64,000 nt of DNA from Rickettsiales bacterium (GCA_031265235.1 JAISCX010000035.1:16839-80838); one strand, 5' to 3'; shown: positions 47,607-57,068, numbered from the stretch's first letter. Numbers and translations: made by a program. Notes: generated from the letters alone by a model not told the origin.

Positions 47607-48104
47607 ATGACAGCCATAATTATGAACAAAGCACAGGATTTTAACAAACGCAAAGGCCGTCCGCAGACGCTGGGCGGGGCCTTTGGCGATCTTTTGCGAA
47701 AGTTTGGACGACATTCGTCCGATGCGGATTTGGTGGCCAGATGGGTTGATATCATGGGGCCGGAAATTGCAGGAATCGCGGATTTGGTTTCGATATCAAA
47801 AATTAAAAGCAATGTGTCATCCCGGGCGCGGCAGAGCCGCGACCCGGGACCTGGTCATAGCCAGGGAATAGAAAATGTTTCCGATAGAAGAAACATTAAT
47901 AATCCCAATTCCCACCAGATCCCGGATAATTTTTCGCATTCTGCGAAAAATTTCCGGGATGACACCCTTGGCCGCGTAATGACCGTGCGGGCAAAGAATC
48001 CGGCTGCGGCGCTGGCCCTTTCCTATAAGGTTGCCGATATCCGCGCGGCCGCAAACAAGTATTTCGGATACGACGCCGTCGTGCGCGTGATCGTGAAAAA
48101 ATGA
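47607..48104 (+). CDS. DUF721 (DciA-like) family protein with in-frame palindromic-element insertion (start uncertain)
   Basis: C-terminal YFGYDAVVRVIVKK and N-terminal ...LVARWVDIMGPEIAGIADLVSI fit DUF721. The middle ~50 aa are encoded by RPE-like copy C. Confidence 0.5.
   Translation: MTAIIMNKAQDFNKRKGRPQTLGGAFGDLLRKFGRHSSDADLVARWVDIMGPEIAGIADLVSISKIKSNVSSRARQSRDPGPGHSQGIENVSDRRNINNPNSHQIPDNFSHSAKNFRDDTLGRVMTVRAKNPAAALALSYKVADIRAAANKYFGYDAVVRVIVKK
47816..47964. mobile_element. RPE-like palindromic element, copy C (in-frame within DUF721 gene)
   Basis: tgtcatcccgggcgcggcagagccgcgacccggga...cccggataatttttcgcattctgcgaaaaatttccgggatgaca. Confidence 0.7.
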
Positions 48105-48251
48105 ATCCGCCGCTGATTTTTAGATTAACGTTTAATATATCTTTATTTTTCTGACATTTCTGTTATAATTAACTTGTCGCAGGGTGTTCCCGCGGCGGGG
48201 GATGATTGCCCCTTTATTGGCGTCTATGAAGACGAAAAACTCCAGCCCGAC

Positions 48252-48345
48252 GGTTGGAGGGTTCGCGTTATACATTGAAAGCGCGACACAATTTCCAATA
48301 AATTGCAATCAACCTCCAACCGCCAATGTTTTGGTGGTTTTTTGT
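48252..48345 (+). promoter_or_regulatory. attenuator-like leader (paralogue of 6571-6689) upstream of large Cys-rich secreted protein gene
   Basis: ggttggagg (48252-60) is complementary to cctccaacc (48313-21), which overlaps the terminator aaccgccaa-tgtt-ttggtggtt-tttttt (48318-48345). The terminator core accgccaat is shared with the 6663 terminator. Confidence 0.4.
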
Positions 48346-48360
48346 ATAAAAGAATATATC

Positions 48361-50886
48361 ATGAAAAAAATTTTGATATTTTCAACGTTGTGCATGACGC
48401 TTGCTTTCGGCGCGCGCGCCGACGACTGCATCATGGACCAGTTTCTGGGTACAAAGATTTCCTGCAACGACAGCTGTGCCGGCGATTGGGAAATGAAATG
48501 GGGCGCGGTGTCATTCGGTCAATGCCCGTACGGCCAGATGCGGGAATGCTATGAGCAGCGCCTGCTTATCGGCGTCAACGACAAATGGACGGCGTGCAAG
48601 AACCGTGGCAGCTCTGGCCGCAGTTTTGTATGTCCCAATGCGCCGGACGAATTGCCCCTATATGCAACGACCAAAGGCGTTGCTAACATGCTTGACAAGG
48701 CTCACCCGACGACTTGGTGGGACGGTACTGTATCTTATAACAGGACGTATCTCGCGCTGACCAAAGCGAACAATAATAACTGGTGCTGGACATTTGAATG
48801 CCCGTCGGACAAGCCGTGGCATCTTTGGCTTGACGGCAGAAATGAGTGCGTCGCCGCATGCGGAGACGCGGGCGCCTATGCCCCTTATGGCGAACACACT
48901 TGCGGCCATTGCAGACAGAATTCTGACTATAGACTTGCAGACGGCAAATGCATAAGAAGACAAAACTACGACTATAAAGGATGCTATCAAAGAGTTAATG
49001 CTGTGCTGAAATCCGTCAGTCTTGGCGAAGACGTCAACGGTTTCTGCATACCGTCGGAAATTGATCCTAAAATGTCCCGTTATGCCATAATGGTGGGGGG
49101 CCAGCTTTGGCAAATACCGCTTTCGATAGAAAAAGAAAATGATATGTTGATGGCGTTAGGATGGACAGATTATAAAAAAGATGCCCCATGGTGCTGGGCT
49201 GAAGAAAAGATGAAGGAACCGAAAAAAAACGGTTTCAAAAAAATCCCAAGATGCAAAAAAAGTACAAGTTCCGCCGCATCGGCCGCGATGGTCGCAGGCA
49301 ACTGCATAACCGATCCGTTCTCCCAGAAAAACATCTGTTGTAATAATGACACCCTTTACAGCACGTCTTTTTACGGCTGCGAATATCCAAATCTGACATG
49401 GTGCGGACAAGACGGCAAATGGTCGGATTGCGGCATTGCGACCGTCGGTATAATTGGGACGGACGGAAAAGACATTGCCGGGATATGCACGATTGATAAC
49501 CTGAATACAGATTTGTATGAGTATGAAAAGCACCAGAATGGCAAGGCGAGTTTTTCATTCAAGAACAACAAACTTATGCATAATGTCTGCTGGGATTCGG
49601 TGCAGCCCAAGGCCGAAAGCAATATGTACCGGAGGTCTGGAACTCTATCGGATGGAACCGATTGTGAAGCAAAATGGGCGAACAAAGACAAAACCAAGTG
49701 CGTTGATCGTTGCGAAGATTCTATTATTTACGCATCAGATATTGATTCCGAACAAAAATTTGTCTGGGTGGCAAAAGATGACTGCGCTGGATTTTACTGC
49801 GCCGACGAAGCTGGAAATCCGGATCCGAATCTTGTTTGGGATTATTTTGTTGAAAAGCATAACAATAAAATAAAGTGCACGTCAAAAGATAGAACAGATA
49901 ACTCGCAACAGTCGGGAGAATCCACCAAGAAAGAACAGGAACAGAGGGAAACCGAAGAAACGCGGCTAGCAAATGAACGTGAATCGGCGCGTCTGGATCG
50001 AGAACGCGAGCAAAAACTCGCCGCCATAGAAACCATGATAACATCGCACACTAAAACAATGTCAGATATCAAATCCGCGCATGCGGGCGACAAGGTCAGC
50101 GCCTGGAAGACTGCGGACGGGAATTTCAACGGCGCGCGCTTGGCGTCCGATTCCATCGCGGGCGCCGCAATCGGCACGCTGGGCGGCGTCATCACGTTCA
50201 ACATCATAAAGAAAAACCAAATAAACAATGGATTCGACGACCTGGATTGCGTTGTCGGGGGTGCGGGAACGGCCAATGTAGGGGCGCCCCTACAAATAAC
50301 TATCAGCTGGGGGGACGTGTTCATGATATCCGGACCCACAACCAAGAAAGACTGCGAAGCGGCGTCAAACGGCCGGAACAATATCTTTGTCTGGGCGGCA
50401 AAGACCGGCACGGGCGCGGATTATGCGACTTTACGCGAAGACATGAAAGACACGGCGAATAATGCGTGCTGGGTCCGTGTTGATATCATATCGAAAGATC
50501 CAAACATCAATACGGATCTGATGAAGCCACGATGGTTTATGACGGGCGCCCGGGAAACATGCGGCGGTTGGCTGGACGAGAATTTTGTGCGGCAAAAGAT
50601 ATTGGACGCGAAAAAGACAAAGCGGACATGGGGGACTGTGGCTGGCGCGGTTGGGGGCGCGGCGGTTGGCGTCGGCACCATGGAATTGTTTGGGAACAAG
50701 CTGATCGGCGGCAAGGTGATGGGCCAGAAAGCATTAAAGGAAGAAGAGCTGTTGCGGAGCCAGATATTGGCAGGTCCCGGCGGTGCGGCGGAATGGACAC
50801 GGTATGAATCCGCAAAAGCAGGACTGGCCGCCGCATGCAATGAATTGCGCGCAGCGGGCGGGAAATTGCCGAAAGAGTGCGAATGA
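48361..50886 (+). CDS. large secreted cysteine-rich protein with Glu/Arg-rich coiled segment and Gly-rich C-terminus (hypothetical surface/effector-like)
   Basis: Signal MKKILIFSTLCMTLAFGARA, then more than 40 Cys in the N-terminal 550 aa. TKKEQEQRETEETRLANERESARLDREREQKLAA is a charged helix, and the C-terminus is a GxxxG-rich hydrophobic segment. Confidence 0.6.
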   Translation: MKKILIFSTLCMTLAFGARADDCIMDQFLGTKISCNDSCAGDWEMKWGAVSFGQCPYGQMRECYEQRLLIGVNDKWTACKNRGSSGRSFVCPNAPDELPLYATTKGVANMLDKAHPTTWWDGTVSYNRTYLALTKANNNNWCWTFECPSDKPWHLWLDGRNECVAACGDAGAYAPYGEHTCGHCRQNSDYRLADGKCIRRQNYDYKGCYQRVNAVLKSVSLGEDVNGFCIPSEIDPKMSRYAIMVGGQLWQIPLSIEKENDMLMALGWTDYKKDAPWCWAEEKMKEPKKNGFKKIPRCKKSTSSAASAAMVAGNCITDPFSQKNICCNNDTLYSTSFYGCEYPNLTWCGQDGKWSDCGIATVGIIGTDGKDIAGICTIDNLNTDLYEYEKHQNGKASFSFKNNKLMHNVCWDSVQPKAESNMYRRSGTLSDGTDCEAKWANKDKTKCVDRCEDSIIYASDIDSEQKFVWVAKDDCAGFYCADEAGNPDPNLVWDYFVEKHNNKIKCTSKDRTDNSQQSGESTKKEQEQRETEETRLANERESARLDREREQKLAAIETMITSHTKTMSDIKSAHAGDKVSAWKTADGNFNGARLASDSIAGAAIGTLGGVITFNIIKKNQINNGFDDLDCVVGGAGTANVGAPLQITISWGDVFMISGPTTKKDCEAASNGRNNIFVWAAKTGTGADYATLREDMKDTANNACWVRVDIISKDPNINTDLMKPRWFMTGARETCGGWLDENFVRQKILDAKKTKRTWGTVAGAVGGAAVGVGTMELFGNKLIGGKVMGQKALKEEELLRSQILAGPGGAAEWTRYESAKAGLAAACNELRAAGGKLPKECE

Positions 50887-51016
50887 CGGCGGAGTATGAC
50901 GTGTTCATTGTAGGGGCGCAATTATGCGCCCCTACAATGAACAACCATGAAAAAATCCGTGCGGTGCGCATATTTTTATCCTTTATTCTTTCTCTCCTAT
51001 TATCTATACTGTTTTT

Positions 51017-51499
51017 ATGACAACGCGAATTCTTGGGATTGATCCCGGACTTGTGCATACCGGATGGGCCGTTATTGAATCTGCCGGATCGGACAGGCGC
51101 TATATAGCATCCGGCGTGATTTTGCCGCCTGCGCGCGCGGCGCTGGCCGTGCGGTTGACGCATATCTTTGACAGCGTTAAAAAGATTTGCAAAGACATGG
51201 GTCCTGACGAATGCGCGATAGAAATAACGTTTGTGAACAAGAATCCGACATCCACGCTTTTGCTGGGGCATGCGCGCGCGGCGGCGATTGTCGCGGTCGG
51301 AACGTTTGATATGCCTATTTACGAATATGAGCCGAACAAGATCAAAAAGGCAATAACCGGCGCGGGGCACGCAGATAAAAACCAGATCGATACCATGGTC
51401 CGGATACTGTTGCCGGGCGCGCGTGCAAAGACCACGGATGAATCCGATGCCATCGCCATCGCCATCGCCCATTCGAACATGAGCAAAATCCTGGTCTGA
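51017..51499 (+). CDS. ruvC: crossover junction endodeoxyribonuclease RuvC
   Basis: ILGIDPGLVHTGWAV with the catalytic D in GIDPG, and ...DESDAIAIAIAH as the C-terminal acidic motif. Confidence 0.9.
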   Translation: MTTRILGIDPGLVHTGWAVIESAGSDRRYIASGVILPPARAALAVRLTHIFDSVKKICKDMGPDECAIEITFVNKNPTSTLLLGHARAAAIVAVGTFDMPIYEYEPNKIKKAITGAGHADKNQIDTMVRILLPGARAKTTDESDAIAIAIAHSNMSKILV

Positions 51500-51606
51500 A
51501 TTTCCACGAATCCGTTCCTATCGGTAAGAACTTAAATTTTTGATAAAATTGATTAAACAGGGCGCATGGTTCGCCCTGTATCCACAATCAACAAAAGGAA
51601 GCAAAA

Positions 51607-51918
51607 ATGAAAGACTTGAAAATGCCTAAGGAATGGATGGAGCACAAGCTTCACAAACTATACCACAAGCGGAACTTTCTGTTAAAGGCGTTTGTCATCA
51701 ACTATGCGCTGATCGCGGCCGTATGGCTGATTTCCATGGCGCCGTGGTATGACGGCCTGATGATGGGCTTTATGCACTGCGACGCGCAGCAGGCGGAAAT
51801 ATACACGATGGACATGCTGGGGCTGTGGAAAATCGCGGGCGTGGTGTTGTTTTTGGTGCCGGCGATCGCCGCATGGTGGGAAATGCATTCTGTTAAAAAA
51901 TATCTGCTGAACAAATGA
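51607..51918 (+). CDS. hypothetical small membrane protein
   Basis: 103 aa with two predicted TM helices (FVINYALIAAVWLISMAPW; IAGVVLFLVPAIAAWW). Confidence 0.4.
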   Translation: MKDLKMPKEWMEHKLHKLYHKRNFLLKAFVINYALIAAVWLISMAPWYDGLMMGFMHCDAQQAEIYTMDMLGLWKIAGVVLFLVPAIAAWWEMHSVKKYLLNK

Positions 51919-52031
51919 TGACCGGCGGATGCGGATTGGCTCTTGGTCCCGGCAATGGGTCTGAGAACCATCCGCGCCGGGATGAAAAATTACCGGTCGT
52001 TCGCGTCTTTTTTTAACAAAGTTTTTTCCCG

Positions 52032-53102
52032 TTATTTTTCTTCCGGATCGTCCGATGGGCCGACGGTCATCTCTTCGGCGATGCCGGCCGATTTCTCTAC
52101 GATTTTTTTCAACAGCTCTTCCGCGACATTCGGATTGTTTTTCAGCCATTCGCGTGCGTTCGCCTCGCCCTGGCCGATGCGTTCGGAATTATAAGAATAG
52201 AACGAACCGGCTTTTTCGATCAGGTTCATCTTGACCCCCATGTCAAGGATTTCGCTGACGCGGCTGATGCCTTCGCCATACATGATCTTAAAGTCCACGG
52301 TGCGGAATGGCGGCGCGACCTTGTTCTTTACAACCTTTACCCGCGTTTCGTTGCCGACCACGTTTTCCTTGTCTTTTATCGCGCCGATGCGACGTATGTC
52401 GATGCGCACGGACGCATAGAATTTCAGCGCGTTCCCGCCGCTTGTCGTTTCAGGATTGCCGAACATCACGCCGATTTTCATGCGGATCTGATTGATGAAG
52501 ATCAAAAGCGCGTTGCTTCTGGACACGCTGCCCGCCAGTTTTTTCAATGCCTGGGACATCAGGCGCGCGGTTGTTCCCATGAATGTGTCGCCGATGTTGC
52601 CTTCTATTTCGGCGCGCGGCACCAGGGCTGCGACGCTGTCCACGACCACCACGTCCACCGCGCCCGATTTGATCAGCGTGTCCGCGATTTCCAAAGCCTG
52701 TTCGCCGGAATCAGGTTGGGATACGATCAGATTTTTCACATCCACGCCAAGCTTGTGCGCATAGTTCGGATCCAAAGCGTTTTCCGCGTCGATATATGCG
52801 GCCGTGCCGCCAAGCTTTTGCGCCTCGGCGACCGCATGCAGCGCGAGCGTTGTTTTCCCGGACGATTCCGGCCCGTATATTTCGACAATGCGTCCGCGCG
52901 GATAACCGCCGATGCCAAGCGCAATGTCAAGGCCCAGCGATCCGCTCGACACTGCGTCGATATTCTGCGTGGCGCCGTCGCCCATTGTCATAATGGCGTC
53001 TTTTCCGAATTCTTTCTTTATCTGGGCAAGCGCGGATTCCAGCGCCGGATTTGTGTTCGCCGCGCTTGATGCCGCCGCTTTTTCTTCGATTTTCTTTGCC
53101 AT
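52032..53102 (-). CDS. recA: recombinase RecA
   Basis: Walker [13 protein letters not shown], the L2 loop and the C-terminal acidic tail DDPEEK. Confidence 0.97.
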   Translation of the reverse strand: MAKKIEEKAAASSAANTNPALESALAQIKKEFGKDAIMTMGDGATQNIDAVSSGSLGLDIALGIGGYPRGRIVEIYGPESSGKTTLALHAVAEAQKLGGTAAYIDAENALDPNYAHKLGVDVKNLIVSQPDSGEQALEIADTLIKSGAVDVVVVDSVAALVPRAEIEGNIGDTFMGTTARLMSQALKKLAGSVSRSNALLIFINQIRMKIGVMFGNPETTSGGNALKFYASVRIDIRRIGAIKDKENVVGNETRVKVVKNKVAPPFRTVDFKIMYGEGISRVSEILDMGVKMNLIEKAGSFYSYNSERIGQGEANAREWLKNNPNVAEELLKKIVEKSAGIAEEMTVGPSDDPEEK

Positions 53103-53161
53103 AAAAAACTCCTTTTCCTTGTGGAAAAAGCATAGGAAAAAAACGTGGGGAAAGCAAGGGA

Positions 53162-53283
53162 ATAGATAATAGATAGTAGATACTAGATATTAGATATCGA
53201 TTTTTGGCAGACATGGCAAGCATCAAAATCTGGAAAGTCCACATCAGTTCAACTGTGAACGAATATCTAATATCTACTATCTC
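53162..53283. repeat. TAGATA-hexamer palindromic element (full)
   Basis: atagataatagatagtagatactagatattagatatcga ... cgaatatctaatatctactatct flanking a ~75-nt core. Confidence 0.7.
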
Positions 53284-54464
53284 TTCTTTGGCAATAACAC
53301 GAATATTCCGGTCAATATGCCGATGACCCCGGTCAGCAGCCAGACAGAGCCGGTCGTGCCGAACAGCATGATGACAAAGGCGCCCATCATCGGAACGATA
53401 AACCGCGGCAAACGGTTTACGGTTTTGAATATTCCGAAAAACTTCTCGCGGTCGCGTCCGCGCGCCGCGTCGAAAAAGAACATGTCTGTCAGCGGTTCTA
53501 TCAATGCGCCCGAGATCTGCCAAAGTATGAATATCCAAAGCAATGTCCGCCCTGTCGCAAACGATGCCCAGAATGAAAACGCCGCGAATGACAGAAAGCC
53601 CAGCGCCACCCATATGTTTATGCCTGTTTTTTTTGCGATTCTTCCCAACGGCTCTGCCAGGATTATGTATGGAACGATTCCAGCGGTCAGCACCAGCCCA
53701 AGCGTATCTTTGCTGAATCCTGCCTCTATAACCATTATCGGAACATACAAAAGCCGGATTGCGGAAAGCGCGTATTGCCCGAAATTTATCATATACGCGC
53801 GGACCAGTTCGCGCCGGCGGAAATATCCGATCGTTGTTTTCCATACGGATTTCATCGTCCTGCGCGTGCTTATTTTCGGAATCCGCTTGTCCGGCTGGAT
53901 AATGCCGAACCATTTGAAATAAAGCAGCCCCAAGATATTGAACAAGGCGACTGCAAAAAACGGCGTTCTGATTCCAAAATTTTTTGCCATATACATTGCA
54001 AGAATAGGCGCGAGAAGCGCGCCCATGTTTATCCAGAACACATAGCGGCCGTTAAGCTTTTCCATGCCGACGCCCTTGGAAAAATCCACCATAAACAGAG
54101 CAAGCAGCGACGTCACCAGCATCTGCGGCACGGCGGAAGCAAAGTCCAGCGCGACAAATGTCGCCGGCTTTACGGAAAACGCCATCATGAAATACATTGC
54201 GGCGACGGACAGCAGGCTGAATGTCAACAGCTTTGCCTTGCTGGATAATTTTAACAATTCGCCGGAAAATAAAGTTATCAGCATGAAAAACACGTAATAC
54301 ACGGAAGAATAAATGCCGATGGTCGCAGAGTTATGGAATATGTCCAACAGCACCAACGCCCATACGGCGTTTATTATGCCATCGCTAAATCCTTTGAATA
54401 GTCCGAGATTTGCGAACGAGAATCCGTTGACGCGTTCTCTGACGGACAGATATTTATCGGCCAT
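53277..54464 (-). CDS. MFS transporter
   Basis: 395 aa with about 12 predicted TM helices and an MFS-typical G-x3-D/R loop (GELLKLSSKAK). Substrate unknown. Confidence 0.7.
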   Translation of the reverse strand: MADKYLSVRERVNGFSFANLGLFKGFSDGIINAVWALVLLDIFHNSATIGIYSSVYYVFFMLITLFSGELLKLSSKAKLLTFSLLSVAAMYFMMAFSVKPATFVALDFASAVPQMLVTSLLALFMVDFSKGVGMEKLNGRYVFWINMGALLAPILAMYMAKNFGIRTPFFAVALFNILGLLYFKWFGIIQPDKRIPKISTRRTMKSVWKTTIGYFRRRELVRAYMINFGQYALSAIRLLYVPIMVIEAGFSKDTLGLVLTAGIVPYIILAEPLGRIAKKTGINIWVALGFLSFAAFSFWASFATGRTLLWIFILWQISGALIEPLTDMFFFDAARGRDREKFFGIFKTVNRLPRFIVPMMGAFVIMLFGTTGSVWLLTGVIGILTGIFVLLPKKR

Positions 54465-54589
54465 TTTTTCTAGTCTTCCTCGTTGATTGAGATAATATCA
54501 GAAACTGTGGAATTTGGAAAGTGGAATTGTAGTGGCGCGCATGCGCGCAATTTTTCTTGACTTATAAAGGATTCGTGTTAGATTGCGCT

Positions 54590-54785
54590 AGCCGTGAAAA
54601 TGGTCAGGGGCCTAACAAATCCTTGAACACGCGATATGTCTTATTCTTGCTTGCAATAAGGCGTATGGGGCTGTGCTTTCCGACTAACTCCTATATGGTC
54701 GGGGTGACCGGGCTATACAACAATGCGTTGCATAAAAGCCCGGTGGTCAAGCGTGTTTGACTTTGTTAGCCCCCGGCCGCCAATC
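54590..54785 (+). ncRNA. structured ncRNA candidate (strand and identity uncertain)
   Basis: Long closing helix ggggcctaacaaa.../...tttgttagccccc, with internal hairpins cttatt/aataag, ccgac/gtcgg and accgggct/agcccggt (perfect 8 bp). No ORF. Confidence 0.3.
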
Positions 54786-54929
54786 TGAGTATTATGCTTT
54801 TGCAAGCCGCAATATGGATTGGCTGTTTCAATTGTAGCAAATTTTTAGAAATATTTCCCTAAGAACAAAATCCGCTTGATTTATAACCTGCGATCAGAGA
54901 TGATCGGTTTGATAAAAAAAGGATTATCC

Positions 54930-55643
54930 ATGCCCGAAGAAAAGCTTCCGTATATTAAAATAACCGAAGACGGGCCGTATCTTTTGTTCGGCGCGAAACA
55001 AATTTCCGAGAAAATAATCCTGACGGACGAGAACGGCATATCCGTGAAATACGGCGACGGCAAGGTATTTGAAATCAAGTCCGACCCCGTGGCGCTTTGC
55101 CGCTGCGGACACAGCAAGATCGCGCCGTTCTGCGACGGATCGCATATAGATGCCGAATGGTCCGGGCGTGAAACCGCGCCTTTCACGCCGATTATGAAAC
55201 AGCCGTCCGCCGAAGCCATAAAAGGCCCGACCCAGACATTGCTGGACAACCAGAATTACTGCGCTTTCGCGCGGTTCTGCGATCGCGGCGGCCGCATATG
55301 GAATCTGGTGATAAAGGGCGGCGCGGCGGCGGACAAGTTATCGGCGGAAGAAGCGAACCTGTGTCCCGCGGGGCGTTTGATGATGTTTACAAATTCCGGT
55401 GAATTGTTGGAAGAAAAAACAGAACCCCGGGTTCACACTATCGAAGACGGCGGTCTGAAAATCAGCGGGCCGTTATGGATACGCGGCGGAATCAGGGTTG
55501 AATCGGCGGACGGGCGCAGCTATGAAGTTCGGCAGAAACAAACATTGTGCAGATGCGGGGCAAGCGGGAATAAACCGTTCTGCAATGGCGCGCATGCGTC
55601 CATGCGCTGGAAAGCAAAGACGGGAAATGACGCGCATTCGTGA
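54930..55643 (+). CDS. CDGSH iron-sulfur (mitoNEET-like) domain protein, two CDGSH modules
   Basis: CRCGHSKIAPFCDGSH and CRCGASGNKPFCNGAH match C-x-C-x2-S-x3-P-x-C-[DN]-G-[SA]-H. AAGGA RBS before MPEEK. Confidence 0.7.
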   Translation: MPEEKLPYIKITEDGPYLLFGAKQISEKIILTDENGISVKYGDGKVFEIKSDPVALCRCGHSKIAPFCDGSHIDAEWSGRETAPFTPIMKQPSAEAIKGPTQTLLDNQNYCAFARFCDRGGRIWNLVIKGGAAADKLSAEEANLCPAGRLMMFTNSGELLEEKTEPRVHTIEDGGLKISGPLWIRGGIRVESADGRSYEVRQKQTLCRCGASGNKPFCNGAHASMRWKAKTGNDAHS

Positions 55644-55709
55644 TATGGGACAAACCGGCGCATGGGCGCACACTCGTATATTTATATTGTATGAAAAGTA
55701 TGCTGTTTT

Positions 55710-57068
55710 TTATTTTCCCAAGCATAATTGTCCAAATATTTTGTCCGCGATTTCGTCGGCCCCAATGATTCCAAGGATCCGGCCGATCGCATCACTTGCC
55801 GCGCGCGCATGTTCGGCGAAAATATCATGACTGGAATTATTGCTTATCGCCTGATTTAATTCGGCGGCGGATTCTTCAAGCAAGGTTTTCGTCCGCGCAT
55901 TGACGACGACGTCCGATTCCGCGCCATCAAGCATTTCATGGACTTTCCGCTTTATAATTTCCAACAATTCCGGAATGCCTTTACCTGTCAAAGCAGAAAC
56001 AAGAATGTGGTTCGCAGATTGCAGGGCGCTGTTTTCTGTGTGCAGATCACTTTTGTTCACAACAACAATTTCATTATCTTTTATATCGTCTGACTGCGCT
56101 ATGTGCTTTGCACTCTGCAATCTTATCACCATATCCGCATTGTCGCATGCATCCATTGTTCGGGAAATTCCCATATTTTCAATCGGGTCATCCGTATCGC
56201 GCAGTCCCGCGGTATCCAGCAATCTGACAAGGTATCCGTCGACATCGATTTCCGCAGTTATCACATCGCGCGTGGTGCCCGGAATATCCGACACTATCGC
56301 GCGGGATTCCCCGACAAGACGGTTGAACAGGCTGGATTTTCCGGCATTAACCGGTCCCGCCAATGCAATGTTAAATCCTGATTGCACGGCGCGCGTCGCA
56401 TTTGCGCGGGCAAGCGCCGCAGTTATTTCATCATGCAATTCTTTCGTCCGTGAAAGCAGCGTTTTGCCGATATTCTGTGGCAATTCGTCCGACGGATAAT
56501 CCAGCATTGCCGCAGAATAGGCCGCGATCTCGATCATCCGGTTCCGCCAATTTTCATACGCGGCCGAATCCGCGCCCGCCATAGACTTTAACGCGCGCGC
56601 GCGCTGTTTGTCCGTCCGCGAATCGATCAGCGCGCATAGACCGTCAACCTCGGCCAGGTCCATTTTGCTATTATGGAACGCGCGGCGGGTGAATTCGCCG
56701 GGTTCCGCCATCCGCGCGCCGTGCGATTTCAATGTGTCGAATAATTTCTGGATTACCGCTTGTGATCCATGTGTATGAAATTCTATAACATCTTCGCCGG
56801 TAAAGGAATTCGGCGCCGAAAAATAAATCGCGATCGCGCGGTCGATAACATCGCCGGCGTCATCCGCCAGATCTGCAAGATACGCATGCCGCGGGGTTAT
56901 TTCAAATTCGGAGAATCGCGTCTCACCCCCGTAGGGGGGGGAGACGCGACTCCCCACTGGGCTGACAATAGATGCAAACAATCCGCGGAGGTTCGCGCCG
57001 GATATGCGGATCACAGCGATGCCGGCGCGGCCGTGTCCACTTGAAAGCGCAAAGATTGTATCGGTCAT
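55710..57068 (-). CDS. mnmE: tRNA modification GTPase MnmE (with short in-frame palindromic insertion near N-terminus)
   Basis: MTDTIFALSSGHGRAGIAVIRISG, G-domain GPVNAGKSSLFN and the C-terminal CLGK motif. The insert ...VSPVGSRVSPPYGGETRFSEFE is encoded by a palindrome. Confidence 0.9.
   Translation of the reverse strand: MTDTIFALSSGHGRAGIAVIRISGANLRGLFASIVSPVGSRVSPPYGGETRFSEFEITPRHAYLADLADDAGDVIDRAIAIYFSAPNSFTGEDVIEFHTHGSQAVIQKLFDTLKSHGARMAEPGEFTRRAFHNSKMDLAEVDGLCALIDSRTDKQRARALKSMAGADSAAYENWRNRMIEIAAYSAAMLDYPSDELPQNIGKTLLSRTKELHDEITAALARANATRAVQSGFNIALAGPVNAGKSSLFNRLVGESRAIVSDIPGTTRDVITAEIDVDGYLVRLLDTAGLRDTDDPIENMGISRTMDACDNADMVIRLQSAKHIAQSDDIKDNEIVVVNKSDLHTENSALQSANHILVSALTGKGIPELLEIIKRKVHEMLDGAESDVVVNARTKTLLEESAAELNQAISNNSSHDIFAEHARAASDAIGRILGIIGADEIADKIFGQLCLGK
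56908..56957. repeat. small palindromic element inside mnmE sharing core GGGGAGACGCGACTCCCC with a tsaE-internal palindrome (23797-23833)
   Basis: ggagaatcgcgtctcaccccc-gta-gggggggagacgcgactcc. The same 18-nt core appears at 23806-23823. Confidence 0.55.

Noticed and set aside
54590-54785. Assignment of the structured RNA as RNase P, SRP (4.5S), or tmRNA
   Set aside because: I searched by eye for the P4 GGAAAGUCCGGGC, the SRP domain IV GGAAG...AGCAGC and a tag-peptide reading frame. None was found, so it is left as an unassigned candidate.
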